Shown here: one piece after another, positions 21,139-30,455 of the stretch
How positions within the stretch are numbered: position 1 is the first letter of the stretch
How the letters are laid out: each line of letters starts with the position of its first letter
NCBI GenBank assembly: GCA_965541585.1
Contig: CBEUCH010000001.1
Location: 320,001-384,000, forward strand
Length of the DNA stretch: 64,000 nucleotides
Direction: 5' to 3'
DNA from: an uncultured bacterium
Lineage (GTDB): Bacteria; Zixibacteria; MSB-5A5; UBA10806
Notes under the pieces: model-generated
The model's database searches: none
What the model was told of the DNA's origin: nothing
Seen by the model: the letters and a program-made list of their open reading frames with translations, nothing else
Made by a program: the position numbers and the translations under genes

Positions 21139-21275
21139 GTGCGGCCGTAGCGATATATCCAGCAGAATCCTGTAAAAAGGCAATCAAAATAGATCTATAT
21201 CTGGTTTTTTGGGTTTGGATATGAATCCGCCATATATTACAATGTCGAAGGAACATTTGAGTGAAAGGGGATCTT

Positions 21276-21605
21276 ATGTGGAAATGTAATGTTTGCGGTT
21301 ATATTCATGAGGGTGATGGACCTCCGGATAAATGTCCCAAGTGCGGCGCACCTAGGGAGAAGATCGAAAAACTGGATGACGCCGCCGCTGAATTGGTCAT
21401 ACGCTCGCGGCAAACCAATGCGCTTCATTTAGAGCTTTTACCGCTGCTTGAGGATATGGTCGATATTGCAGAGGAAGGCATCGAGGATAACCTCGATCCC
21501 GGATGCGTGAAGATATTTACCCGGGCAAAGGAAACGGGCGAGGTTCTGATCGGTTCAGTCAACGCCGAACTGGCAGGCCATATGAAAAAGGGTAAGTGGG
21601 GTTAA
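21276..21605 (+). CDS. Rubredoxin-like domain protein
   Basis: WKCNVCGYIHEG...CPKCGAP, followed by a conserved C-terminal part (DNLDPGC, GHMKKGKWG). Confidence 0.88.
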   Translation: MWKCNVCGYIHEGDGPPDKCPKCGAPREKIEKLDDAAAELVIRSRQTNALHLELLPLLEDMVDIAEEGIEDNLDPGCVKIFTRAKETGEVLIGSVNAELAGHMKKGKWG

Positions 21606-21711
21606 TAACTGGCCTGAATTAAGCGGAAGAAACCGGATATCCGAACCAGTGCCTTATCCTGGAATTATATAGCTTATGAATAAGTAACCGGCGGGTTTTA
21701 TAAAACAGAGT

Positions 21712-22350
21712 CTATTTCCCGCCCTTTACATCAAGTTTCGCTGTATAGCCGGTAGTGCCGGAATAGCTGAATTCTTTGTCCTCGCTATCGTGTTGAAGCG
21801 TAACGGATTTATACTGCGTATGGTCATTCAGACGAGGGAAAGGGAGACCTTCCGCAGGAAGATTTTGGATCTTGATAGGCTCCCCATTTGTCCCCTTTAG
21901 CACTTCTATTTCGACAGTGGAGCCGGGCACGGAAAACTTGATATTATTTGCAGTCCGCTCAACCGATATAGGAGCTTTCACGCTTGATAGGATTTCCATC
22001 CCGCCGAGTCCATAGGCTTCTTCGAATAATTGTCCTATGGCTTTGACCTGTTCGTCGGTGGCCTCTTCGCCTGCCGTATACTTCACCCATTTTCCAAAGC
22101 TGCCGGTGTAAACGAAAGATAGGCCGTTAAGATCGACATCCCCGAAGTGGCTTTCGCTGATTTCGACTAGCCCTACAAAATCGCAATGGTCAAGGGTTGG
22201 CGGGGAGCCAAAAAGGCATGGGCAGGTTGGATTACAACTGCAGCTTTCAGCTATATCCGCCTTGAGCACCCATTCCTCGGCGCCAGTTGATACTGCCATC
22301 GCTGCCAGAAGAGCCAGTGCCAATCCCCATGTTAGGAATTGCTTTTGCAT
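21712..22350 (-). CDS. DUF1326 family Cys-motif protein, exported, paralog 2
   Basis: ESCSCNPTCPC...PT..HC; signal peptide. Confidence 0.8.
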   Translation of the reverse strand: MQKQFLTWGLALALLAAMAVSTGAEEWVLKADIAESCSCNPTCPCLFGSPPTLDHCDFVGLVEISESHFGDVDLNGLSFVYTGSFGKWVKYTAGEEATDEQVKAIGQLFEEAYGLGGMEILSSVKAPISVERTANNIKFSVPGSTVEIEVLKGTNGEPIKIQNLPAEGLPFPRLNDHTQYKSVTLQHDSEDKEFSYSGTTGYTAKLDVKGGK

Positions 22351-22395
22351 GATGAACCTCCTTTAGTTTTGACGTGTCTGTACACCGCGTTGAAT

Positions 22396-23022
22396 CTATT
22401 TCGCGCTGGAAGCTTCGATTCTTGTGGTTGAGCCGTTTTTGCTGGAGTAGCTGAACTCTTTGTCACTGCTCTTATGGCTGTTTGTGATCGTCTTGTATTG
22501 CGTGAAATCACTTTCTTCAGGAACAGGAAGGTTTTGAATCTTTATTGGCTTCCCATCGAGTCCTTCCACCATTTCGATTTCCACGGTAGAGGCAGGAACA
22601 GAGAAGCTAACCTTGTTTGCCGCCCGCTCAGTTGACACCGGAACCTTCTCGTTTGATAAGACTTTCATACCGGCGAGAAACGAAATGGAATTCATCAGCA
22701 GCTGTTCTGCGGCTTTTGCCTGTTCATCTGTAGCGCTTTCACTTACATAGAACTTCACCCAATCTCCCACGCGGACGGTCATGACCACGGGTATCCCGTC
22801 AAGACGAACGTCCCCATAATGACCTTCCTCTATTTCGGTTAACACATTGGCCTCGCAATAACCAAGCGTAGGTGGAGAACCGAAACGGCAGGGGCAAGGG
22901 ACATCGCAACTACAGGCGGAAGCTTGATCCGCTTTAATCGCCCAATCCTGGGCGCCAGCTGAACATGCCATGCCTGTCAGAAGAGCCAGTGTCAATCCCC
23001 ATGTTAGGAATTGCTTTTGCAT
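22396..23022 (-). CDS. DUF1326 family Cys-motif protein, exported, paralog 1
   Basis: ACSCDVPCPC...PT.GYC, GHYGDVRLDG; signal peptide. Confidence 0.8.
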   Translation of the reverse strand: MQKQFLTWGLTLALLTGMACSAGAQDWAIKADQASACSCDVPCPCRFGSPPTLGYCEANVLTEIEEGHYGDVRLDGIPVVMTVRVGDWVKFYVSESATDEQAKAAEQLLMNSISFLAGMKVLSNEKVPVSTERAANKVSFSVPASTVEIEMVEGLDGKPIKIQNLPVPEESDFTQYKTITNSHKSSDKEFSYSSKNGSTTRIEASSAK

Positions 23023-23167
23023 GATGAACCTCCTTTAGTTTTGGATGCCTATATCTCAGAGCGCCACAATATTAGCTGAATTACAGTCCGGTGTCAATAA
23101 TAAATATTGTTAGGAAACTCGGAAGCAGTTCAGCGCCGGGGGAACCTGAAATCGCCATGATTTCAAT

Positions 23168-23238
23168 CTGGTAACCAAGCGCTGCTTGGTTACTTTTACG
23201 GTCTGATATGGGTTGCCAAGCAGGCGCTTGGCAACCAG
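23168..23238. repeat. REP family A inverted doublet (REPIN-like; copies 3 and 4)
   Basis: CTGGTAACCAAGCGCTGCTTGGTTAC (23168-23193, +) and GGTTGCCAAGCAGGCGCTTGGCAACCAG (23211-23238, -), 17 bp apart. Confidence 0.85.
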
Positions 23239-23416
23239 CGGCAAAAATCCCCATGATTGACGAAGCATCAGGCCGCCGTTTGTTGATAAACTCAAGCGGC
23301 ATTTACCCAGAATGCGCTTTTTTGCATGAAATGGAGTTGCGATTTTGGCGTCAAAGTTTTAGTTTAGCGCCGATGGAAATGGATCTTATTTTACAAGACG
23401 ATAAGGAGACAGTGTG

Positions 23417-24547
23417 ATGGCAGACAAGAAGGCAGACCTGGCCGGCCCCGGTATCGGCGACTATAACGAACTGAAGAAAATTCTCCCACAGGATTACAAA
23501 TCTCTATTGACACCGAAAGAGACCATGCAGGCCCTCTTTGCCGTGAAAGGCTATATCGAGGAGAACCTGTGCAAGGAACTCAATTTGATGATGGTTCAGG
23601 TTCCTTTGATCGTGGATGTTAAGAGCGGCGTCAACGACGACCTGGATCGTGACGGGTCACGAACCCCGATACAATTCCACATTTCAAACGACTACGACAA
23701 GAATCCGATCGATGCCCAGGTGGTGCAGGCGGCCACCAAGTGGAAGCGTGTGGCTTTGCAGCAGTTCGGCATGAAGGTCGGCGAGGGTTTGTGCACCGAT
23801 ATGAAGGCTATCCGCAAGGATTATTTCTTAGATCACGATCACAGCGCCTACGTGGATCAATGGGACTGGGAGCGCGTGATAAGCGAGGATCATCGTAAGC
23901 TGGATTACCTGACGGGTGTGGTGAAGAAGATCTGGAAGGTCCTCAAGGGCGCCGAGACCTTTGCCCAGGAGCTTTTCCCCCAGTTGAAGACGGATAAATA
24001 CCCCGATCTGCCGCAGGAGCTTACTTTCCTGCATGCCGAGGAGATCCTCGAGAGATACCCCGATCTGCCGCGCAAGCAGCGCGAAACTGCGATATTACAG
24101 GAATACCCCGCTGTCTTTATCTACGGGATCGGCTGGGTGCTCAAGGACGGCTATCCTCACGAGATGAGGGCGGCTGACTATGATGACTGGGTAACGGAGA
24201 CGACATCGGCGGACGGCAAGCCGATGCATGGTTTAAACGGCGATATTCTCGTCTGGAATCATGTGACGAAACGTCGCCACGAGCTGACCTCCATGGGCGT
24301 CCGGGTAAACAAGAAGACCCTGGTACAGCAGCTTGAAATAACCGGCCAGACCGATTTTCTAAAATTGCCCTATCACCAGGCGATAATGAACGATGAGATT
24401 CCGCTTTCCATCGGCGGGGGAATCGGGCAGTCGCGCACCTATATGGCGCTCCTCAAGAAAGCACATCTTGGAGAGGTCAGCGTAACCGTCTGGCCGAAGA
24501 TACTCAAGGATATGTGTGCTGAGAAACATATACACGTTTTGGAATAG
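23417..24547 (+). CDS. asnA: Aspartate--ammonia ligase (asparagine synthetase A)
   Basis: VNDDL, KWKR, HSAYVDQWDWE, RAADYDDW, SIGGGIGQSR. Confidence 0.95.
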   Translation: MADKKADLAGPGIGDYNELKKILPQDYKSLLTPKETMQALFAVKGYIEENLCKELNLMMVQVPLIVDVKSGVNDDLDRDGSRTPIQFHISNDYDKNPIDAQVVQAATKWKRVALQQFGMKVGEGLCTDMKAIRKDYFLDHDHSAYVDQWDWERVISEDHRKLDYLTGVVKKIWKVLKGAETFAQELFPQLKTDKYPDLPQELTFLHAEEILERYPDLPRKQRETAILQEYPAVFIYGIGWVLKDGYPHEMRAADYDDWVTETTSADGKPMHGLNGDILVWNHVTKRRHELTSMGVRVNKKTLVQQLEITGQTDFLKLPYHQAIMNDEIPLSIGGGIGQSRTYMALLKKAHLGEVSVTVWPKILKDMCAEKHIHVLE

Positions 24548-24563
24548 AGGGAATACGCTAATT

Positions 24564-24590
24564 GGTTACCAAGCGGCGCTTGGTAACCAG
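24564..24590 (-). repeat. REP family A copy 5
   Basis: Minus strand reads CTGGTTACCAAGC-GCC-GCTTGGTAACC. Confidence 0.85.
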
Positions 24591-24613
24591 GCCTGAAGAA
24601 TCGTTAGTCGAAT

Positions 24614-24645
24614 GCCGCCCGGTGGCCTCATCGGACGGCTTTTTT
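24614..24645 (+). terminator. Probable intrinsic terminator after asnA
   Basis: GCCGCCCGGTG...CATCGGACGGC stem followed by TTTTTT. Confidence 0.55.
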
Positions 24646-24739
24646 GTTGGCGCACCGAGAGGTACGCCAACCACCGAAAAACAGGCCTCTACCGCGTCAG
24701 GATGTTATTACCATTTCCATCCTGACGCATGACAAGACT

Positions 24740-25396
24740 CTAATTATCTTGCGCCCCTTGCTCTATCCAATCGCGGATCAACTGAATTGTGGCTTGGGGA
24801 AGTGGTGAGCGTTCGAATGGCATCTGCGGCGTAATCCTGCCTTCGAGTCTTTTTATTATGATACTATTCTGGGGATCTCCGGTTATCACTACCGCCCCGG
24901 AGTTTCCACCCTGCATGAGGGTCGAGTAGCTATTCAATCGTAAGCCGTTGGAGCTTCCCCCGATATGGCATTGTGGCCCGCCACAGTTGTTGTTGAAAAT
25001 AGGCTGGATCTCTGCTGAGTATGATATCAGGGATATCGCCGGTACGATCGAAACCGATACTATCAGCGTAGTTGTGAGAAAATCATCAGAGGCCACCACA
25101 GTGAACGAGGTATCGGGGGTCTCGGCCGTTGGCGTTCCCGAGATTACGTTTCCGGATGTGTCCATCCAGCCGGGCACATTTTCAAAGCCGATAGACGGCG
25201 TGGTGCCGTCGGGATCGCTGGCCGTCGCGGTGTAACTGAATAGCTCGTCAAAAACCGCCTCCACCGATGATGACGACGTTATCTGTGGAGGTCTGTTTTC
25301 CGGATCGGTGCCTTTGTCTGAACATGAAAGGAAAATAATTGCGGTGCCCGCCAGGATAAGGGCTAATCTCAAAAATGTCAGTTTTCTTGCAGTCAT
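24740..25396 (-). CDS. Lipoprotein with Ig/cadherin-like domain and Planctomycete-type cytochrome c domain
   Basis: Lipobox FLSC; NRPPQITS/DPDG Ig-like repeat; IQPIFNNNCGGPQCH, MP axial Met, IRDWIEQGA. Confidence 0.82.
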   Translation of the reverse strand: MTARKLTFLRLALILAGTAIIFLSCSDKGTDPENRPPQITSSSSVEAVFDELFSYTATASDPDGTTPSIGFENVPGWMDTSGNVISGTPTAETPDTSFTVVASDDFLTTTLIVSVSIVPAISLISYSAEIQPIFNNNCGGPQCHIGGSSNGLRLNSYSTLMQGGNSGAVVITGDPQNSIIIKRLEGRITPQMPFERSPLPQATIQLIRDWIEQGAQDN

Positions 25397-25404
25397 TGCG
25401 CCTC

Positions 25405-26487
25405 CTAAAAGAAGAAGTGAAACTGGGTATTAAACAAGATATACTGTTCGTCACCCGGATATGATTCGTCGTAAAACTTTATGTTAGGCTCGAATTCCAG
25501 AAAGCCGAACGGGAAATAATCAAGCCCGATACCGTATCGTGATACCGTTCCCGATTCGATATCGATATCGGGATCGAAATAATCATAGAACAGTTCAAAC
25601 CAGATTCCCTGCCTGATCATATAAGCGAGTTTTTGAGTCGAGGCAAAGGATGTTATTCCCGGTTGGCCTGAAATTTCATTATCCAGCCAGCCTAACTCGC
25701 CTAACAATATGAGCTTACCGCCGTTAACATAGTAGAACGGTCCGGTCATAGTGCGCTCGCTATTTGAATGGTCGTTGAAATAATACGAGCCGCCCAGGGC
25801 AACACCCAGTTTGCCGATATGCTTGCGTATCTCAAGCCTCGATGATATGGCCTTCCCCTTGTCGTTATCGAATGTGCCTCCGGTCCCGTTGAAAAATCCG
25901 ACATTGGCGGAAATGCCATGGGGATAAATACCGAACTCTACACCTGTATCGGTGGAGTTCGGCGGCCAGAGCATTTTCTCGCGGACAAAGGACGTGTGAT
26001 CGGCGAACCGCCAGCCATACGACGGCTGAAATTTCCCGACCCGGAAATATCCCTGCGCCGGAAGAACATAACCCATCCCGAATATCTCGAAACCTTCGTA
26101 AAGCCCCTTCTTCAAAGTAACCGAGAAACGTTTATCGAGTTGAGCGTTGAGATATAGATTTCCCTCCATCTGGAAGAAGGTGGACTGATCGCCAAGCTCA
26201 TCGTAGATATACTGAGTTCTCATATCCATCCCTAATGATATGGTCTCAGATACCTGTGGCTCGAACTTAGAAAGATCGGACAGGGGCGTTTTGTGCACTG
26301 CCATCTCCGTGAACGCAAAATACTGGGAGCCGAAACCGTTTCTCATGCCGCCGCCGGTAGGACTGATATGGCAGAGATTGCATTTCTGCTCCACGTCGGC
26401 GGAGAATCTCGGCAGGCCAAAAGTGAGAGGGGGTATCGTCAAACCTCCTAAAAGAACAAGAATCCCGATTACTAGTCCAATCTTCAT
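25405..26487 (-). CDS. Outer-membrane porin-like beta-barrel with N-terminal CxxCH heme motif
   Basis: Signal peptide, PRFS...CNLCHISPTGGG.RN.FG, alternating beta-strands, terminal FHFFF. Confidence 0.78.
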   Translation of the reverse strand: MKIGLVIGILVLLGGLTIPPLTFGLPRFSADVEQKCNLCHISPTGGGMRNGFGSQYFAFTEMAVHKTPLSDLSKFEPQVSETISLGMDMRTQYIYDELGDQSTFFQMEGNLYLNAQLDKRFSVTLKKGLYEGFEIFGMGYVLPAQGYFRVGKFQPSYGWRFADHTSFVREKMLWPPNSTDTGVEFGIYPHGISANVGFFNGTGGTFDNDKGKAISSRLEIRKHIGKLGVALGGSYYFNDHSNSERTMTGPFYYVNGGKLILLGELGWLDNEISGQPGITSFASTQKLAYMIRQGIWFELFYDYFDPDIDIESGTVSRYGIGLDYFPFGFLEFEPNIKFYDESYPGDEQYILFNTQFHFFF

Positions 26488-26597
26488 ACGCCTCCAATCA
26501 TAGCTTTCTAAATTAACGCTGGTTATCCATAATAGGTTCCGGCCAAAAGAAGAGGCCGCCCGGAGAGCGGCCCCATAAGAAAGCTATTTTCCCTGTT

Positions 26598-28298
26598 TTA
26601 CTTCAGAAGTGTCATCTTTCTCACGGCTGCGGTGCCGAACTCGTCGAAATTGACGGAGTAGAAATAGGTTCCGCTGGCAACCGTCTCGCCGGAAGCATCG
26701 GTGCCGTCCCAGGTGATGGAGCGGGTTTCCTGGCTTAGCGGGAAGCTTCTCACCATGCGGCCGGCAACGTCGTAAATGGCCAGTCTGCCGGAGTGAATCT
26801 CACCATCGATGGAGATCACCGTATTGGCGTTAAACGGATTGGGGTAATTCTGTGCCAGGGCGAAATCGAACGGCAGATCCGGATTTTCATGATAGACACC
26901 GATGGGGTAGAGCATGAATGCGTCAACCGCCAGATAAAGGACATTGTTTTCGGTCCATGCTCCCTGCGGAACCCATTCTGCGCCGGCATCGTCGTCATCC
27001 ACGTACATAATACGGAGAGTGTCATCGACCACCTCTGCCATAGAGGACCAGACGTCGCTGTCGCAGTTAGGAGGCTCACAACCGGGGGTCGGCGAATTGG
27101 TCAGGTTGACCTTATTATTCCAGTCGGCGCCACCGTCGACCGACGCGGCGGCAAAGAGCTCGCCGTTGGAGAAACCCGCTGCAGACACGTCATCGGGGTA
27201 AAGTTCTGACCAGAGAGCATAAATATTATTGTTAGCCGGGTCGACCCCGAGGCTCATCTTGCAGATGCACAGCGCATAATTTATGGGGAAGCAATCCTCG
27301 TCATTGGTCGCTATCACGGAATGGCCCGCAGGCTCGCTCCAGTGCATGACGTCACCAAAGCTCTCTATGACATCTTCATTAACATATAAACCCTGGTAAG
27401 TGATATGCAGGACATCATCGTAGTCATAGATGGCATCGACGTCAGCCCAGGCGCTGTAGGTATCTCCTTCTACGTAATTTGTTATATTTGTGGGATTTCC
27501 CCAGTCCCAATTCTCGCCATCAGTCGTTTCGACAACGAAAACGTTATAATAGCCTGTGTCATCGTCAGGACGGGTATAGACGACCGCCGATTTTGTGGAA
27601 ACAGGGGAAGAACAGATGGTTCCGCTTAAGATGGAGGTATCGAAAGTCTGAGCCGATCTAGCCCAGTTTTCGCCGTCGTCATCTGAATAGGTGTACCAGT
27701 AATCATCCGAATTCCAGTCAGAGAGTAGCATATGGATTCTGCCGTTGATATCGCGGGCGATATAGGGCCAGATGTATTCACCGGGTGTGGCAATGTGGAA
27801 TTCCTCGAAGATTCCCCAACCGGCGAACAGATCTCTGGCCAGGACGGGGTTTGCACCCGCGGGATTGTCGAACCAGTGGTAACCAAGCAGGGCGCGGTCA
27901 TCGGGCAGCAGATCCATAGTTACGAAGCCGGAGCCGTCGCCTTCGCTTACCGGGGTTTCACCCAGCCAGCCTTCAGGATTGCGAGCATTGTAGTAGACAT
28001 AGCGCGGACGGTCGGTTGGGGCCATTCCTTTCGTCCAGGCAATGTGGACGCGGCCTTCACTATCGACCGAGATCCTGTTTCCTGTCGACCCGTTAGTCTG
28101 GTAGGCATAATAGGAAGTCCCCACGACCTCGCCCGGGGAGTTTGAGACCAGCCTGGGACCTACAGGTGTCCCGACTTCATCATTTTGAATGTTCCGCCCG
28201 TCGAAAGCGATGGGATTCTGTGGCGGCTGGAGCTTGTCCGCCAGCGAAATGCTAAAAAGCAGGGATGCGAGAAGCAGAACCAATAGCATAGTTCTCAT
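26598..28298 (-). CDS. Secreted BNR/Asp-box beta-propeller-like protein with T9SS/FlgD-Ig C-terminal domain, paralog 2
   Basis: Signal peptide; Asp-boxes YSDDDGENW, SVDGGADW; LAQNYPNPFN...IYDVAGR...WDG...SGTYFY...KMTLLK. Confidence 0.85.
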   Translation of the reverse strand: MRTMLLVLLLASLLFSISLADKLQPPQNPIAFDGRNIQNDEVGTPVGPRLVSNSPGEVVGTSYYAYQTNGSTGNRISVDSEGRVHIAWTKGMAPTDRPRYVYYNARNPEGWLGETPVSEGDGSGFVTMDLLPDDRALLGYHWFDNPAGANPVLARDLFAGWGIFEEFHIATPGEYIWPYIARDINGRIHMLLSDWNSDDYWYTYSDDDGENWARSAQTFDTSILSGTICSSPVSTKSAVVYTRPDDDTGYYNVFVVETTDGENWDWGNPTNITNYVEGDTYSAWADVDAIYDYDDVLHITYQGLYVNEDVIESFGDVMHWSEPAGHSVIATNDEDCFPINYALCICKMSLGVDPANNNIYALWSELYPDDVSAAGFSNGELFAAASVDGGADWNNKVNLTNSPTPGCEPPNCDSDVWSSMAEVVDDTLRIMYVDDDDAGAEWVPQGAWTENNVLYLAVDAFMLYPIGVYHENPDLPFDFALAQNYPNPFNANTVISIDGEIHSGRLAIYDVAGRMVRSFPLSQETRSITWDGTDASGETVASGTYFYSVNFDEFGTAAVRKMTLLK

Positions 28299-28699
28299 AA
28301 TGGCCTCCTTGCGAAAAAGTTATTGGCTGTCTCTTGATGATATCCACGCAGCCTGATATCATGTTTTCTTCATTACCCAATTTGAAGATAATAAAAAATC
28401 CGACTTTCCCAAGATATAAATTATTGTTTCTAAGTTCATGCAGGCTGGTGAGAGAACTTGTGAAGTGACAAAAATGTCAAACATTCTTAACATATTCAAT
28501 TTCAATCGGAGCTCATTTGTTTCCATCCACCCGGATACGAGGGAACCTGCCATCTCAGGCTCGGGGGGGAGCTTTCTTATTACTTTTTCAAGGAACTCAT
28601 GCGCTATCATACCCCTCCGGTTTAGATACAAGTTTATTCCTACGATTGTTTCAATGGGAAATTAGTATGGGCGCCAACGGCTGGCCTCCAGCAAAAGAA

Positions 28700-28726
28700 T
28701 AGGGGCGAATTACAATTCGCCCCTAC
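28700..28726 (-). repeat. GTAG-type REP palindrome / terminator
   Basis: Minus strand reads GTAGGGGCGAATTGTAATTCGCCCCTA, just downstream of paralog 1. Confidence 0.7.
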
Positions 28727-28754
28727 AAGTATCGAAAAACAGTGTTTCCGAAGT

Positions 28755-30455
28755 TTACTTCAACAGTGTCATTTTTCTCACGGCTGCGGTGCCGAACTCG
28801 TCGAAATTGACTGAGTAGAAATAGGTTCCGCTGGCAACCGTCTCGCCGGAGGTATCGGTGGCGTCCCAGGTGATGGAGCGGGTTTCCTCGCTCAAGGGGA
28901 AGCTTCTCACCATGCGGCCGGCAACGTCGTATATGGCCAGCCTGCCGGAGTGAATCTCACCATCGATGGAAATCACCGTGTTGGCGTTAAACGGGTTGGG
29001 GTAATTCTGTGCCAGAGCGAAATCGAACGGCAGATCCGGATTCTCATGAATGACACCGACTCGTATAACCTCGTACTCGTCAATGCCCAGATAGAGAACA
29101 CGGTTTTCGGTCCAGCCGCCTTCGCTATTCCACTCGGCGCCGGCATCGTCGTCATCCACATACATGATACGGAGAGTGTCATCGACTACCTCCCCCAGAG
29201 AGGACCAAACGTCGCTGTCGCAGTCGGGAGGGTTACAACCGGGGCTTGGTGAATTGGTCAGGTTAACCTTCGGGCCCCAGGTGGCTCCGCCGTCAACCGA
29301 TCCGGCGGCATGAAGCTCACCGTTAGAATATCCTGCCGCGGATACATCATCCGGGTAAAGCTCGGACCAGAGAGCCAGGACATTGTTGTTGACCGGATCG
29401 ATTCCCAGACTCATCTTACAGATGCACAGCGCATAATTTATAGGCATGCAATCCTCGTCATTGGTCGCAATGATGGAATGGCCTGTAGGCTCGCTCCAGT
29501 GCATGACGTCACCAAAGCTCTCTATGACATTATCTCTGACATATAAACCCTGGTAGGAGACATGCAGGACATCATCGTAGTCATAGACTGCATCAACGTC
29601 GGCCCAGGCGCTGTAGGTATCTCCTTCTACGTAATTTGTGATATTTGTGGGATTTCCCCAGTCCCAGTTCTCGCCATCGATCGATTCGACGACGAAGACG
29701 TTGTAGTAGCCTGTGTCATCGTCAGGACGCGTATAGACGGCCGCCACTTTTGCAGAAATAGGGGAAGCACAGATGATGCCGCTTAAGATAGAGGTACTGA
29801 AAGCCTCCGCCGATCTAGCCCAGTTTTCGCCGTCGTCATCAGAATAGGTGTACCAGTAACTTTCCGATGCAAAGTCTCTTAACAGCAAATGGATTCTGCC
29901 GTCGTTGGCGCGGGCGACATAGGGCCAGATGAACTCACCGGGTACTGCAATGTGGAATTCCTCGAAGATTCCCCAACCGGCGAACAGATCTCTGGCCTGG
30001 ATGGGGTTTGAACCTGCGGGATTGTCAGCCCAGTGGTAAGAGGGCAAGGCGCGGCCATCGGGCAGTAAATCCATAGTTACAAAGCCGGTGCCGTTGTCTT
30101 CACTTACCGGCGTTTCGCCCAGCCAGCCTTCAGAACTGCGAGCATTGTAATAGACATAGCGGGGGCGGCCACCTTCGGCAGTTCCTTTCGTCCAGGAAAT
30201 GTGGACGCGGCCTTCACTGTCGACAGAGATCCTGTTTCCTGTCGACCCGTTGGTCTGATAGGCATAAAAGGAAGTCCCCACGACCTCGCCCGGGGAGTTC
30301 GAGACCAGCCTGGGGCCCACAGGTGTCCCGACCTCATCATTTTGAATGTTACGCCCGTCGAAGGCAATGGGATTCTGTGGCGGCTGAAGCTTGTCCGCCA
30401 TCGCCAAGCGGAAAAGCAGGGGCGTGAGCAGGAGAACCAATACAACAGTTCTCAT
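28755..30455 (-). CDS. Secreted BNR/Asp-box protein with T9SS/FlgD-Ig C-terminal domain, paralog 1
   Basis: Same length (566 aa) and highly similar to 26598..28298. Confidence 0.85.
   Translation of the reverse strand: MRTVVLVLLLTPLLFRLAMADKLQPPQNPIAFDGRNIQNDEVGTPVGPRLVSNSPGEVVGTSFYAYQTNGSTGNRISVDSEGRVHISWTKGTAEGGRPRYVYYNARSSEGWLGETPVSEDNGTGFVTMDLLPDGRALPSYHWADNPAGSNPIQARDLFAGWGIFEEFHIAVPGEFIWPYVARANDGRIHLLLRDFASESYWYTYSDDDGENWARSAEAFSTSILSGIICASPISAKVAAVYTRPDDDTGYYNVFVVESIDGENWDWGNPTNITNYVEGDTYSAWADVDAVYDYDDVLHVSYQGLYVRDNVIESFGDVMHWSEPTGHSIIATNDEDCMPINYALCICKMSLGIDPVNNNVLALWSELYPDDVSAAGYSNGELHAAGSVDGGATWGPKVNLTNSPSPGCNPPDCDSDVWSSLGEVVDDTLRIMYVDDDDAGAEWNSEGGWTENRVLYLGIDEYEVIRVGVIHENPDLPFDFALAQNYPNPFNANTVISIDGEIHSGRLAIYDVAGRMVRSFPLSEETRSITWDATDTSGETVASGTYFYSVNFDEFGTAAVRKMTLLK

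Noticed and set aside
28359..28702. Short ORFs between the two secreted paralogs
   Set aside because: Overlapping ORFs on both strands with no RBS or motif support
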